The notes under the pieces were generated by a model that was not told the DNA's origin, ran no database searches, and worked only from the letters and a program-made list of their open reading frames with translations. The translations under genes were made by a program, and so were the position numbers. 64,000 nt of DNA from contig NW_027361696.1 of NCBI RefSeq assembly GCF_039654945.1, forward strand, positions 67,580,001 to 67,644,000, read 5' to 3'. Numbering within the stretch: position 1 is the first letter of the stretch; each line of letters opens with the position of its first letter. The stretch comes from Dendrobates tinctorius. Lineage: Eukaryota. This document shows positions 49,043-60,100 of the stretch, in pieces.

Positions 49043-50763
49043 TATCAGCTGACACCTGGCCGCGATTAGCAGCGCTGCCCCCTGCTGATCAAAGGGCAAG
49101 GTCTCCAATAATAGGGAGGAAAGTAGCAAATAAAGCACAAAACGACTGTGGGCCAGCAAGATTGAAAAAAAGCGGTAGAGAAAAAACACCACTGAAACCA
49201 GTTCAGTTATTTCCTAGACAAATGGGAAGCCACTAACATAAAACCCCATATGCACCAAAGGGCTACTTAGAAAAGCTGGGTTTGACAAGTGCACAGTTAG
49301 CAATAAAAACCCCATATGTCGGTATTATGTATAGTTATTTTACCTGTTAAGGGTGTATTAATTAACCCCCTTTTGCCCTATTCAAAAAAAAAAAAAAAAA
49401 CCAACCTACACATTTGGCATTGCCGTGTTCAGAATCGCCTGATCAATATGTTAAAAGAATTCATTAAATCATTAAACTGCGTAGCAAGAAAAAAAGAAAT
49501 CGAAACGCCAGAATTACATGGTTTTTTTTGGTCGCTGCAACTCTGCAATAATAGCCGATCAAAAGATCGTATCTGCACCAAAACGGAAAAAATGTCAGAT
49601 CAGCTCACAAAAAAAGCCCCCAAATGGCCCGCTACGGGTCTTGGAAAACAGCAACTTTTTTTTTTTTAAACAAACTTTGGAATTTTTTTTTCACCACTTA
49701 GACAAAGAACCTAGACATGCTTGATGTCTGAAATCATAGGTACCTGGAGAATCAAAATGGCAGATCAGTTTTAGTATTCAGTGAATCTAGCAAAAAAAAA
49801 AAAGTGTGGGATTGCACTTTTTTTTTGCAATTTTTCCCCATTTTCTGTTACATGACATGGTAAAACCAATGGTGTCGTTCAAAAGTACAACTCGTCCTGC
49901 AAAAAACAAGCCCTCACATGGCCATTTTGACCAAAAAAAATAAAGATCTGGCTCTGAGAAGACGGGGAGCAAAAATTACATTCAAAACCAGAAATACCCC
50001 TGGTCATTAAGTGGTTAATCCCAATGTGATGTCAGCAGAACACTCCCTGCCAGTATGAGGGGTGCTAGATAACCCCATTACAGTCCCCCTTTTCCATGGG
50101 AATGTATAGCAGATTATATAGTTCTATATGCCAACATGTACTAGCCCAAACTGCTGTAAGTACACTCCTCTTGCTATCCAAGACCATGCACATCTGAGAT
50201 ATATTGAGAATTTCATCCAATGTAGCTAAAAATCAAGAATTGAATCTAAATTGTGTAAAACAATTCTTGTAGTATTCAAAGAGGAGTCCCATTGTCATCT
50301 TCTTGCATAAGCAAAGCCTCAGATATGAATAGTATGCACAAGTAAAGGGGGCTTTACACATAGCGAGATCACTAAAGTGTCACCGATTTTGTGACGCAAC
50401 AGCGATATCACTAGCGATCGCTACATGTGACACTTACCTCCTTATGCACCAATTGCTTCAGGGTGTTTGCTCATTTTGTTAGGTTTGGTAAGGTAAATAG
50501 CCAGTGTGAACATACCACACTTTAAAACATACACTCCATGAAGTTTTAGGTTGGGAACATTGCAGAATAGTTTGTAATTTTCAATGGTCTCTCCTGCTCT
50601 AGTTGCCTTCCCAGTATTCATTAATCAAGAATAGGTGTGACTGCTACAGCCAGTCTGACCTATGCTAACCACTCGCATGGAGTCAATGCCAGAGTCAGGC
50701 TGGTGGTCTCAATTTTGCAGCCAGGAGCCACAATTAACTGAATTAGTGGCTTTGCAAAATAAA

Positions 50764-51081
50764 TGGGACATTTCCATCTCCAAGATCCTGTGCCAATGTG
50801 TAGTATGTAATAGCAAATACCTCCAATTAGAAATGTAGTATATAGTTTGAGTCATTAGTCCTCTTTCCTCATGTGCAGGCCCTTAGTTAGCTAGTTGTTA
50901 GTGGTTGTAACATGGATGCCTGTCACCATAAGTGGTCTTAACCAAGGATACCCAAGATCCAGCAATGCCTACACATGAGGAATCCTAGCATGTCAGAAAA
51001 ACAACATTTCTAACTGGAGGCATTTCCTAATATTACCACACCTATTAATTGGAGTAGGATCTTTGAGGTGGTTATCCCCCT
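50764..51081. mobile_element. Degenerate TTAA-type (T2) MITE
   Basis: Imperfect inverted arms (CCTCCAATTAGAAATGT / ACATTTCTAACTGGAGG); ends CCCCCTTTAA. Confidence 0.5.
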
Positions 51082-51849
51082 TTAAGACAGTGCTTGCTTT
51101 TATAGCTAGTACACCAAAGCTTTATTTGCATATCAAATTTTAGTGTTGCAACTAAACCACTAAAAACCTATACTAACAGGAGTGACAATGTTTATAGGGG
51201 CCAAGTCCTTATAAGTGGGGTTTAGGGGACTTTTTGCAGATTCCCCTTGACAGCTCACTGTTCCTGCATACTATATCTTATTGCTTCCACTAGAGATTAA
51301 GGCTTATCCAGACTCGCGACCGATGCGGACATTGACTTAACGCCTTACTGGTCACTTGTATATTCGGTTTTACAAAAAACTGAAGCTTTAATCCCCCTTG
51401 GGACAAGCAGGTTCAGAACCTCATGCCAAAGTGTCACATCTCTAAAGCTTTGAAATTCCCATGCCAGCAGCCATATCCCTAGCGCTCTTTATCAGATGCC
51501 ACATTGCTCTTCCTCAGGACCTTTGTGCAGGTTGTAGTGCTGCAGACAGCCAGCCACCCCCCAGGATATGCCCAATGCCACAGTCGGCTAGCCCCCAGCA
51601 GACACCATATGTAGTCAAAGAGGAGTGCTACATGCTGGACTGGATGTCTTGGCTCAACACTCAGGAACTGCAGCACATCTGTGTAGCACTGACCAAGCCT
51701 CATGACTAGTAATAAACAAGACACTTAAAGCATAAAGGCCACACAAACCATTAAGGAAACCAAATCAGTGTAGAGACGAAAGTCAGAAATGGCCTTGAGC
51801 ATCCAAGGGACAGACTATAATAAATCACCATAACAGGATAACAAAAATA

Positions 51850-51855
51850 TTTATT
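51850..51855 (-). terminator. Candidate ppp1r15a polyadenylation signal (second candidate at 51121-51126)
   Basis: AATAAA on the minus strand in an AU-rich context. Confidence 0.5.
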
Positions 51856-52407
51856 TATAAACTAAAACAATAAAACGTTGCAAACCTTCCTAACCGAAGA
51901 GAAGCAACCAATTATAAATCTCCCCAGTAGGGGGCACAGCAAACAATCATTGCTACATAGGGCTTATACAAATAGATTGGAGAGATTATACATGAGGGGT
52001 ACAATATTTGAGTTTTCTGGAGTAGAAAAAATGCAGTTTGGCACAGGTGATTTGTGACAACTTTCTTAGGAAACAAAGTGGATAGTGGTCAGATTTACTG
52101 CTGATCCCAGGAATTTGGAGTACATTACTGCAAATGTCCATCTGTTTGGAGCTGCCATTTGTTAAATTTCAACACACGTTACAGCAATGCCCATGTAATG
52201 GCCCAAGTACGGGCAGGGTGAGGTAGATGCAGACAAGGCCACTCCCTGAGCCACTTCGCTAGTAAATGATGTGCCTTTTTTTTTTTTGCATTGTATTGGG
52301 ATATGATCAGTAACATTTCTGGGTAATCAGAACATAAAATAGGTCACATTTTGGTGCTTTCTGGCACACATGTACATGGAGTTAATGCAAAATAAATAAC
52401 ACTTTCA

Positions 52408-53181
52408 GGCTATGTTCACACGTGGTGTTTTTGTGGCGGTTTTAACTGCACGATTTTGTCGCAAAAAATAAGCATCCCATGGGATTCCACAATGCTGTGC
52501 TAATTCTGCGGTTTTTACTGCGGCGGAATCGCTTCATGCTCATTAATTTAGCAGAATCGCGGCAATCCCACACCCATATGAATGCATTGTTCTGCTTACT
52601 TTCCGCATGTGGCTGTGCACACCATGCGAAAAGCAAGCAGAACATTTGTTGAGACTGTCCTCTGGGTACAATATCCCTGTAAAAAATAGGATTAAAAAAA
52701 AAAAAAAAAAAAATTATCACCCGCACAGCCTTCCCGCCTGTCTCCATGCTCCCGGTCCCAGTAATCCTTTGTGAGCGATGACATCCGATCTCACGGTCAT
52801 TCGCGAGACGTCGCGATCCCACGAGAACGGATGTCATCGCGGTAATTCTCGCAAAGGATTACTGGGAGCGTGGAGAGAGGCGGGAAGGCTGCCGGAAGGC
52901 AAGAACAACAATATTTTTTACATCCTATCTTTTTACCATTGATGCCGCATAGGCAGCCTCAATAGTAAAAAGTTGGTCACTCGTCAAACACCATGTTTGA
53001 TTAGTGTGACCAAGCTGTCAATCAGTTCTCCAAGTGATGCTTCCATTCTGCAAGCTAATTACACTTGCAAAATGCTAGTTTTTCCACAGGAAAGTTGCAG
53101 GAATTTAAAATGCGTTTTTTCCCACGGAATTCAGAATTCACAGTAATTTCCGCGAGAGTTACACTAAGTGTGAACATAGCC
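52408..53181. mobile_element. PIF/Harbinger MITE
   Basis: TIR GGCTATGTTCACAC / GTGTGAACATAGCC; TCA TSD. Confidence 0.85.
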
Positions 53182-53319
53182 TCAAGCCATCCACTAATGA
53201 ATAAGATCTCCCAATAATACTGTCAGAACTGAACTTCCTACCCAGACCCAGTGCAAAGTAAAAGATTACTACAGATGAGTGCAAAAAGAAATAGAAAATC
53301 CCAAATCTGACAGAAGAGT

Positions 53320-53547
53320 TTACATGTCCATAACTGGATACGTGGAGTTTGCAAATAATCCAGCCCAGATGTTTTCTCTGTGATGAGGTTTCAGACAAAA
53401 GCCAATGGCAGCCTCTGTCTCGGCGATACGTCTTTGGAAGCGGCTGCGATCTCGGGCGTACACTTCCCATGGTCCTTTCCGGGCCATTCTGTGAGCAAAG
53501 CTCCAGGTAATGATAGGGTGGACGGTAACTTTGGATGAGAAGCGCAC
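53320..53547 (-). CDS. ppp1r15a: PPP1R15A/GADD34 last exon (PP1- and eIF2alpha-binding, ICP34.5-homology domain)
   Basis: [31 protein letters not shown]; TTTCAG acceptor; TAA stop. Confidence 0.95.
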   Translation of the reverse strand: MRFSSKVTVHPIITWSFAHRMARKGPWEVYARDRSRFQRRIAETEAAIGFCLKPHHRENIWAGLFANSTYPVMDM

Positions 53548-54103
53548 CTGAAATAGAAGGGGTTAAAGATTCAAGTTATAGAATAAAACTTAATTATCAG
53601 AGTCTATACATAGCAGGGCTATGAGTCTCTGGGGAGGACAGGCCACACCATGCGATAATTAGTCATTACACCATTAATGAGTCAAGTCATGATGATGGCC
53701 ACAGTCACGTGGCCATCGCCCAACTGTCTACTCCCTGACTTCTCCCATCCATCACCTAATTGTTTTCAGAAGATGGCATCATGCCTCACGAGACCTTATG
53801 CAACGACCTGAAACTTTAGATCTCAGCGCCAAGACTAGTCCCCAGGTAGAAAAAAAAAAAAAAAAAAAAAATGAATTTCTTCCCTGACTTGCTCTAGTTA
53901 TCTCACAGCAAAGACATCAGGGACTGAATATAGTATATTTTTGGCCACCACCTTTCCTGTACGCAGAGGGGGTCTGCTTACTCAACCCTCAAGAGTTTGA
54001 GAGAATGCTGTCAGATGGGTATACAGCACCCCAATGCCGTTACCGGGTCATGAGATGACTACCATCCCTACGTACACAAATTGAGCCATCTGTGGTCAAA
54101 TAA

Positions 54104-54475
54104 AGGCCCCATTACATGCATCAGTGTCCCAGCGATCCCACGTGGATGGGATCGCTGGGACATAGTTAGCTGATCGCTGGTGAGCTGTCACAGACAGACC
54201 CACAAGCGATCAGGGCCAGCGAGCAATCTGGTATCCAACGTAAACAGCAGGTACATAAGAGCCCCACAGCTCTTAGATTCCTGCTGTTGACATTGGAAAC
54301 CAGCTCTCGCAGCAATGCGTGCTGGCCAGCGGGAGACCAATGATCAGAAACTGGCCCAGGATGTTCGTGCGCGATCAGAAATACCCAGCAGGGGGGCCGG
54401 TCGCTGATACATGTCACACAGCGATATCGCTGTGGTGTCACAAAATCAGCGATATCGCTGTGTGTGACGGGGCCT
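54104..54475. mobile_element. Harbinger-type MITE in ppp1r15a intron 2
   Basis: AGGCCCC...GGGGCCT ends with TAA/TTA flanks; CAGCGAT/ATCGCTG internal palindromes. Confidence 0.65.
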
Positions 54476-54631
54476 TTAGGTACAAAGGGGTGTGGCAGAC
54501 ACATTAAGGTGCTTAAATTCCCCCCTCACTCCCAAGATGCCCAAATTAGGCGGATAAGTGAAAAAAGGGGCAAAGCAAGCCTCCCAACAGTTTACTTTGG
54601 AGGATCACACCTACTATATCTTATCACTTAC

Positions 54632-55711
54632 TTTCTTGGCGCTGTGGTCCGCTTCCTCCTTGGTCTCTTGCTTGGGCAGCGTGCACTTGTGAGTAGACTT
54701 GTATCCAGACAGCACTGGTTTCTTACACAGCTTAGTCTTCAGTTTTGGTTTTTCAGTAACAGTCCCACACTCCATTTTGACATCACGAGCTTCAGTACAG
54801 TCCAAGTTACCCAGGATCTGTTGTGTTTTACCACTTTCAATGGAGACCTCTTTATTTGACCGCTTGGGACCTTTTGTAGGCATGGCAAAAGAGAGCGGAT
54901 TATACGGATCGGTGCAACAGAAGGATGCCCACAGGTCATCATTGTCTTCCTGGCATGAATTACTCTCTTCATCCCAAGAGTCCTCGTCAGACCAATCACT
55001 TTCTGCACCGAGGTCCTCTTCACACTTGGACCCTGGAGTCCAGGACTCTTGCATACCGCTGTCCATAGAGATCTCTTCTTGTGAGACATCTAAACCTTTA
55101 ACACTGTCCATTTCAGACTCCTTGAAGGAGTCCATCTCATTGGTTGGCATGCAGACCATGGACATGACTGAGTTGGTACAAGATGTTACAAGCTGTTCCT
55201 TCAACATCTGCTCACATTCACTGTCCACCTCCTTTGTGATGTCTTCTGCCGTCTCCATAGTTAAACTGCAGATCTCCCCATCCATCATCTTCTCCAGCTC
55301 CATCGGACCTTCCCAGTGACACTTAGTGACCATATTCATTGGCTGCTCACTTCTAGACATGGCCACCCTCTTGTAAACATACATGCTCATCAGAAGTGGT
55401 AACAGAGCGTCTAGAACACTCCAGCACAGCTCCACGACGGCACGCAAAGCCTTGCTCAAGAATATGTGAGGGAGCATTGTCCAGTACAAGGTGCGCTTCT
55501 GCAGCAAGTTCTTGCCCAGGGAAATAATGGTATGCACGATCCTGGCGGCCATTGTGACTAAAACCACGTCTGACCCAAAGTCTGCGAGGACAGCCGGCAA
55601 CTGTGGATGATCCTTCAGGATGTCAAACTGAGAAGCCGTGCCTCTATGCCAGCGGCTCGGAGAAGTCAAGTTTTTCCAGTATAAGGAGAAGTTTAGGTTG
55701 TCCAGTCCCAT
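54632..55711 (-). CDS. ppp1r15a: PPP1R15A/GADD34 main coding exon (360 codons; full protein 435 aa if the first ATG is used)
   Basis: Acceptor 1 nt before the ATG; acidic Ser-rich region; donor AAA|GTAAGT at 54632/54631 joins AKK to VRF, forming the RVxF motif. Confidence 0.9.
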
Positions 55712-56553
55712 TCTGTAAAATACTATAAAAAAAAATTAAAATAAAAGGGGCAAGTTAGAAAAGGGTCGTGAGCAATGTATGAATAGAGCCAGACAAAGGT
55801 CCCTGAGAGAACAGAGCGCCGAGACCACCCTAGTTTATTAACCTACACTCAGACTGGCATTTTCTGGATTACAGGCAGTCTGGTGGGTTGTGAGTGATCA
55901 GACAGAAGTGCTATACAAATCTGGGGTCAGAGGGGGAATAATGGCTCAGTCACCCGTGTTACCACAGTTATGAGTACTTATCACAGCCTGGACTACACCA
56001 GTGCAGCATGTGCCAGTCACACGTGACCCAGCCAGACGTGCCATTCACTTCTGCTATAGAAAGGTAAGGAGTCATTGGCACACCTTACCCAGATATGAGT
56101 GAAGTTCCGCTATGAAATGGCGTCATCAGGTGTTCTACCCACAGGACCCCCAGCGACCACAGTGGGGAACACTGATCCCCATTACAGTGGAACAGTAGTG
56201 TATTCCGTACCACAGCCCTAGCTCTATGGGGGCTACTGAAAAACCAAGCCCAGTAGCCCCATAGAAAATAAATGGAGCAGCAGTCACTGCCAGGGATAAG
56301 AGGGCCACATTGTCAGTGCAGGCCCCAGCAGTCAGGTCATCATGTGGAGAAGGGGCAACTTGTTCCACCCCCATTACTTGCCCTACGTAAAGGGACACAC
56401 CCTAACATCAATGAATGAGCGCACATCAGCCCCATAGGAAGTAAACAGTCACGTCACCGATTTGTAACAACCCCAGAACCTAAACACAAGTCACATCCGG
56501 TCAGGAGTACTACAAATCCCAGCAATACCTCGCATACATACCAGAAGGCGCTG

Positions 56554-56739
56554 TCAGCCTGACACCACGGCGCTCCAGCAGAAGTTAGCGGCGGTCACCT
56601 GGGCGGGAGGCTCCTGAATATTCCGGTGGAAGGCAGCGGCGGGTCGCACTTCAGCTCTTCCGACTAGTCTCTTGCTCAGGACACAGCACATTAGGGAGAG
56701 GCGGCGACTGTGCGGAGGGCAGCTATCAGTGTCGGCCAT
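56554..56739 (-). promoter_or_regulatory. uORF2 (61 aa) in the ppp1r15a leader
   Basis: GGCATGG strong context; TGA 13 nt upstream of the main ATG after splicing. Confidence 0.65.
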
Positions 56740-56749
56740 GCCTGGTCAT
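56726..56749 (-). promoter_or_regulatory. uORF1 (MTRHGRH*) overlapping the uORF2 start
   Basis: ATG at 56749, TGA at 56728-56726. Confidence 0.6.
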
Positions 56750-56823
56750 CGGGACGCTACGGGTCTCTTATCGTCGTGTTTGTGATTCAGGCGTTAAATG
56801 ACGAAAGAGCAGCGGAGCGGTGC

Positions 56824-56980
56824 TTATATAGGATTCCGAACGGACCAATGAGCGAGCAGGAGGCGTGGTCGTCGGGAAATTACGTGACGTGCGGCTCGTA
56901 CGATAGTGGGGAGAGCCCTTGTTACCAAGGAGACGGGACGGAAATATCACGTGCTACATATCGTAACGGTGACGTGAGGA
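56824..56980 (-). promoter_or_regulatory. ppp1r15a proximal promoter
   Basis: TATATAA 56830-56824; CCAAT 56845-56849; TGACGTG 56885-56891; X-box-like GTTACCAAGGAGAC 56921-56934; CACGTG 56948-56953; TGACGTGA 56970-56977. Confidence 0.8.
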
Positions 56981-57149
56981 GAATGAAGAAATGACGAGAA
57001 ATGACCGGAGTTTGGATGTGATTTCCAGGGGAAAGCCGAGGTCTCACTTTACGGTTGTGATCGACTAATATCAGTCATGGTGAGGAGTAGAAAAACCTCC
57101 ATGTCTGACGTGTGGAGATAAGATCTTATAGCTCGTGTCTTACCTCAGA

Positions 57150-60100
57150 ACACAGAGAGACACAGCGCCCCCTAACAGAGATACACTGCCCCCATACCGC
57201 AGAAACACCGAGACCCCATAATAGAGACACAGCCCCCATACCGCAGAAACACCGAGACCCCATAATAGAGACGCAGCCCCCATACCGCAGAAACACCGAG
57301 ACCCCATAATAGAGACACAGCCCCCATACCGCAGAAACACCGAGACCCCATAACACAGAGAGACACGGAGCCCCCATAATAGAGACACAGCCCCCATACC
57401 GCAGAAACACCGAGACCCCATAATAGAGACACAGCCCCCATACCGCAGAAACACTGAGACCCCATAATAGAGACACTGCCCCCATACCGCAGAAACACCG
57501 AGACCCCATAATAGAGACACAGCCCCCGTACCGCAGAAACACCGAGACCCCATAATAGAGACACTGCCGCCATACCGCAGAAACACAGAGACCCCATAAT
57601 AGAGACACTGCCCCCGTACCGCAGAAACACCGAGACCCCATAATAGAGACACTGCCGCCATACCGCAGAAACACAGAGACCCCATAATAGAGACACTGCC
57701 CCCATACCGCAGAAACACCGAGACCCCATAATAGAGACACAGCCCCCATACCGCAGAAACACCGAGTCCCCATAATAGAGACACTGCCCCCATACCGCAG
57801 AAACACCGAGTCCCCATAATACAGACACAGCCCCCGTACCTCAGAAACACCGAGACCCCATAATAGAGACACTGCCCCCGTACCTCAGAAACACCGAGAC
57901 CCCATAATAGAGACACTGCCCCCATACCGTAGAAACACCGAGACCCCATAATAGAGACACTGCCCCCATACCGCAGAAACACTGAGTCCCCATAATAGAG
58001 ACACTGCCCCCATACCGCAGAAACACCGAGACCCCATAATAGAGACAGCCCCCATACCGCAGAAACACCGAGACCCCATAATAGAGACACAGCCCCCATA
58101 CCGCAGAAACACCGAGACCCCATAATAGAGACACTGCCCCCGTACCGCAGAAACACCGAGACCCCATAATAGAGACACTGCCCCCTTACCGCAGAAACAC
58201 CGAGTCCCCATAATAGAGACACTGCCCCCATACCGCAGAAACACCGAGTCCCCATAATACAGACACAGCCCCCGTACCTCAGAAACACCGAGACCCCATA
58301 ATAGAGACACTGCCCCCGTACCTCAGAAACACCGAGACCCCATAATAGAGACACTGCCCCCATACCGCAGAAACACCGAGACCCCATAATAGAGACACTG
58401 CCCCCATACCGCAGAAACACCGAGTCCCCATAATAGAGACACTGCCCCCATACCGCAGAAACACCGAGACCCCATAATAGAGACAGCCCCCATACCGCAG
58501 AAACACCGAGACCCCATAATAGAGACACAGCCCCCATACCGCAGAAACACCGAGACCCCATAATAGAGACACAGCCCCCATACCGCAGAAACACCGAGAC
58601 CCCATAATAGAGACACTGCCCCCATACTGCAGAAACACCGAGACCCCATAATAGAGACACTGCCCCCATACCGCAGAAACACCGAGACCCCATAATAGAG
58701 ACAGCCCCCATACCGCAGAAACACCGAGTCCCCATAATAGAGACACAGCCCCCGTACCGCAGAAACACCGAGACCCCATAATAGAGACACTGCCGCCATA
58801 CCGCAGAAACACAGAGACCCCATAATAGAGACACTGCCCCCGTACCGCAGAAACACCGAGACCCCATAATAGAGACACTGCCGCCATACCGCAGAAACAC
58901 AGAGACCCCATAATAGAGACACTGCCCCCATACCGCAGAAACACCGAGACCCCATAATAGAGACACAGCCCCCATACCGCAGAAACACCGAGTCCCCATA
59001 ATAGAGACACTGCCCCCATACCGCAGAAACACCGAGTCCCCATAATACAGACACAGCCCCCGTACCTCAGAAACACCGAGACCCCATAATAGAGACACTG
59101 CCCCCGTACCTCAGAAACACCGAGACCCCATAATAGAGACACTGCCCCCATACCGTAGAAACACCGAGACCCCATAATAGAGACACTGCCCCCATACCGC
59201 AGAAACACTGAGTCCCCATAATAGAGACACTGCCCCCATACCGCAGAAACACCGAGACCCCATAATAGAGACAGCCCCCATACCGCAGAAACACCGAGAC
59301 CCCATAATAGAGACACAGCCCCCATACCGCAGAAACACCGAGACCCCATAATAGAGACACTGCCCCCGTACCGCAGAAACACCGAGACCCCATAATAGAG
59401 ACACTGCCCCCATACCGCAGAAACACCGAGTCCCCATAATAGAGACACTGCCCCCATACCGCAGAAACACCGAGTCCCCATAATACAGACACAGCCCCCG
59501 TACCTCAGAAACACCGAGACCCCATAATAGACACTGCCCCCGTACCTCAGAAACACCGAGACCCCATAATAGAGACACTGCCCCCATACCGCAGAAACAC
59601 CGAGACCCCATAATAGAGACACTGCCCCCATACCGCAGAAACACCGAGTCCCCATAATAGAGACACTGCCCCCATACCGCAGAAACACCGAGACCCCATA
59701 ATAGAGACAGCCCCCATACCGCAGAAACACCGAGACCCCATAATAGAGACACAGCCCCCATACCGCAGAAACACTGAGACCCCATAATAGAGACACAGCC
59801 CCCATACCGCAGAAACACCGAGACCCCATAATAGAGACACTGCCCCCATACCGCAGAAACACCGAGACCCCATAATAGAGACACTGCCCCCATACCGCAG
59901 AAACACTGAGACCCCATAATAGAGACACAGCCCCCATACCGCAGAAACACCGATACCCCATAATAGAGACACTGCCCCCATACCGCAGAAACACCGAGAC
60001 CCCATAATAGAGACACTGCCCCCATACCGCAGAAACACCGAGACCCCCATAATAGAGACACTGCCCCCATACCGCAGAAACACCGAGACCCCATAATAGA

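Larger units (their letters stand above)
37746..50014. mobile_element. Large non-coding TTAA-flanked (piggyBac-like) element hosting nested insertions
   Basis: TTAA-CCCCTTCACCCCCAAGGG start and CCCCTGGTCATTAAGTGG-TTAA end (imperfect TIR); similar-style sequence resumes after the L1. Confidence 0.55.
56542..56799 (-). other. ppp1r15a: ppp1r15a exon 1 (5' leader)
   Basis: Inr-like TCATTT 31 nt from the TATA; donor CTG|GTATGT at 56542/56541. Confidence 0.7.

Noticed and set aside
53320-55711. Assignment as ppp1r15b
   Set aside because: KVRF..VTVH..W and ARDRSRF, a separate leader exon, a TATA/CRE promoter and nucb1 synteny favour ppp1r15a
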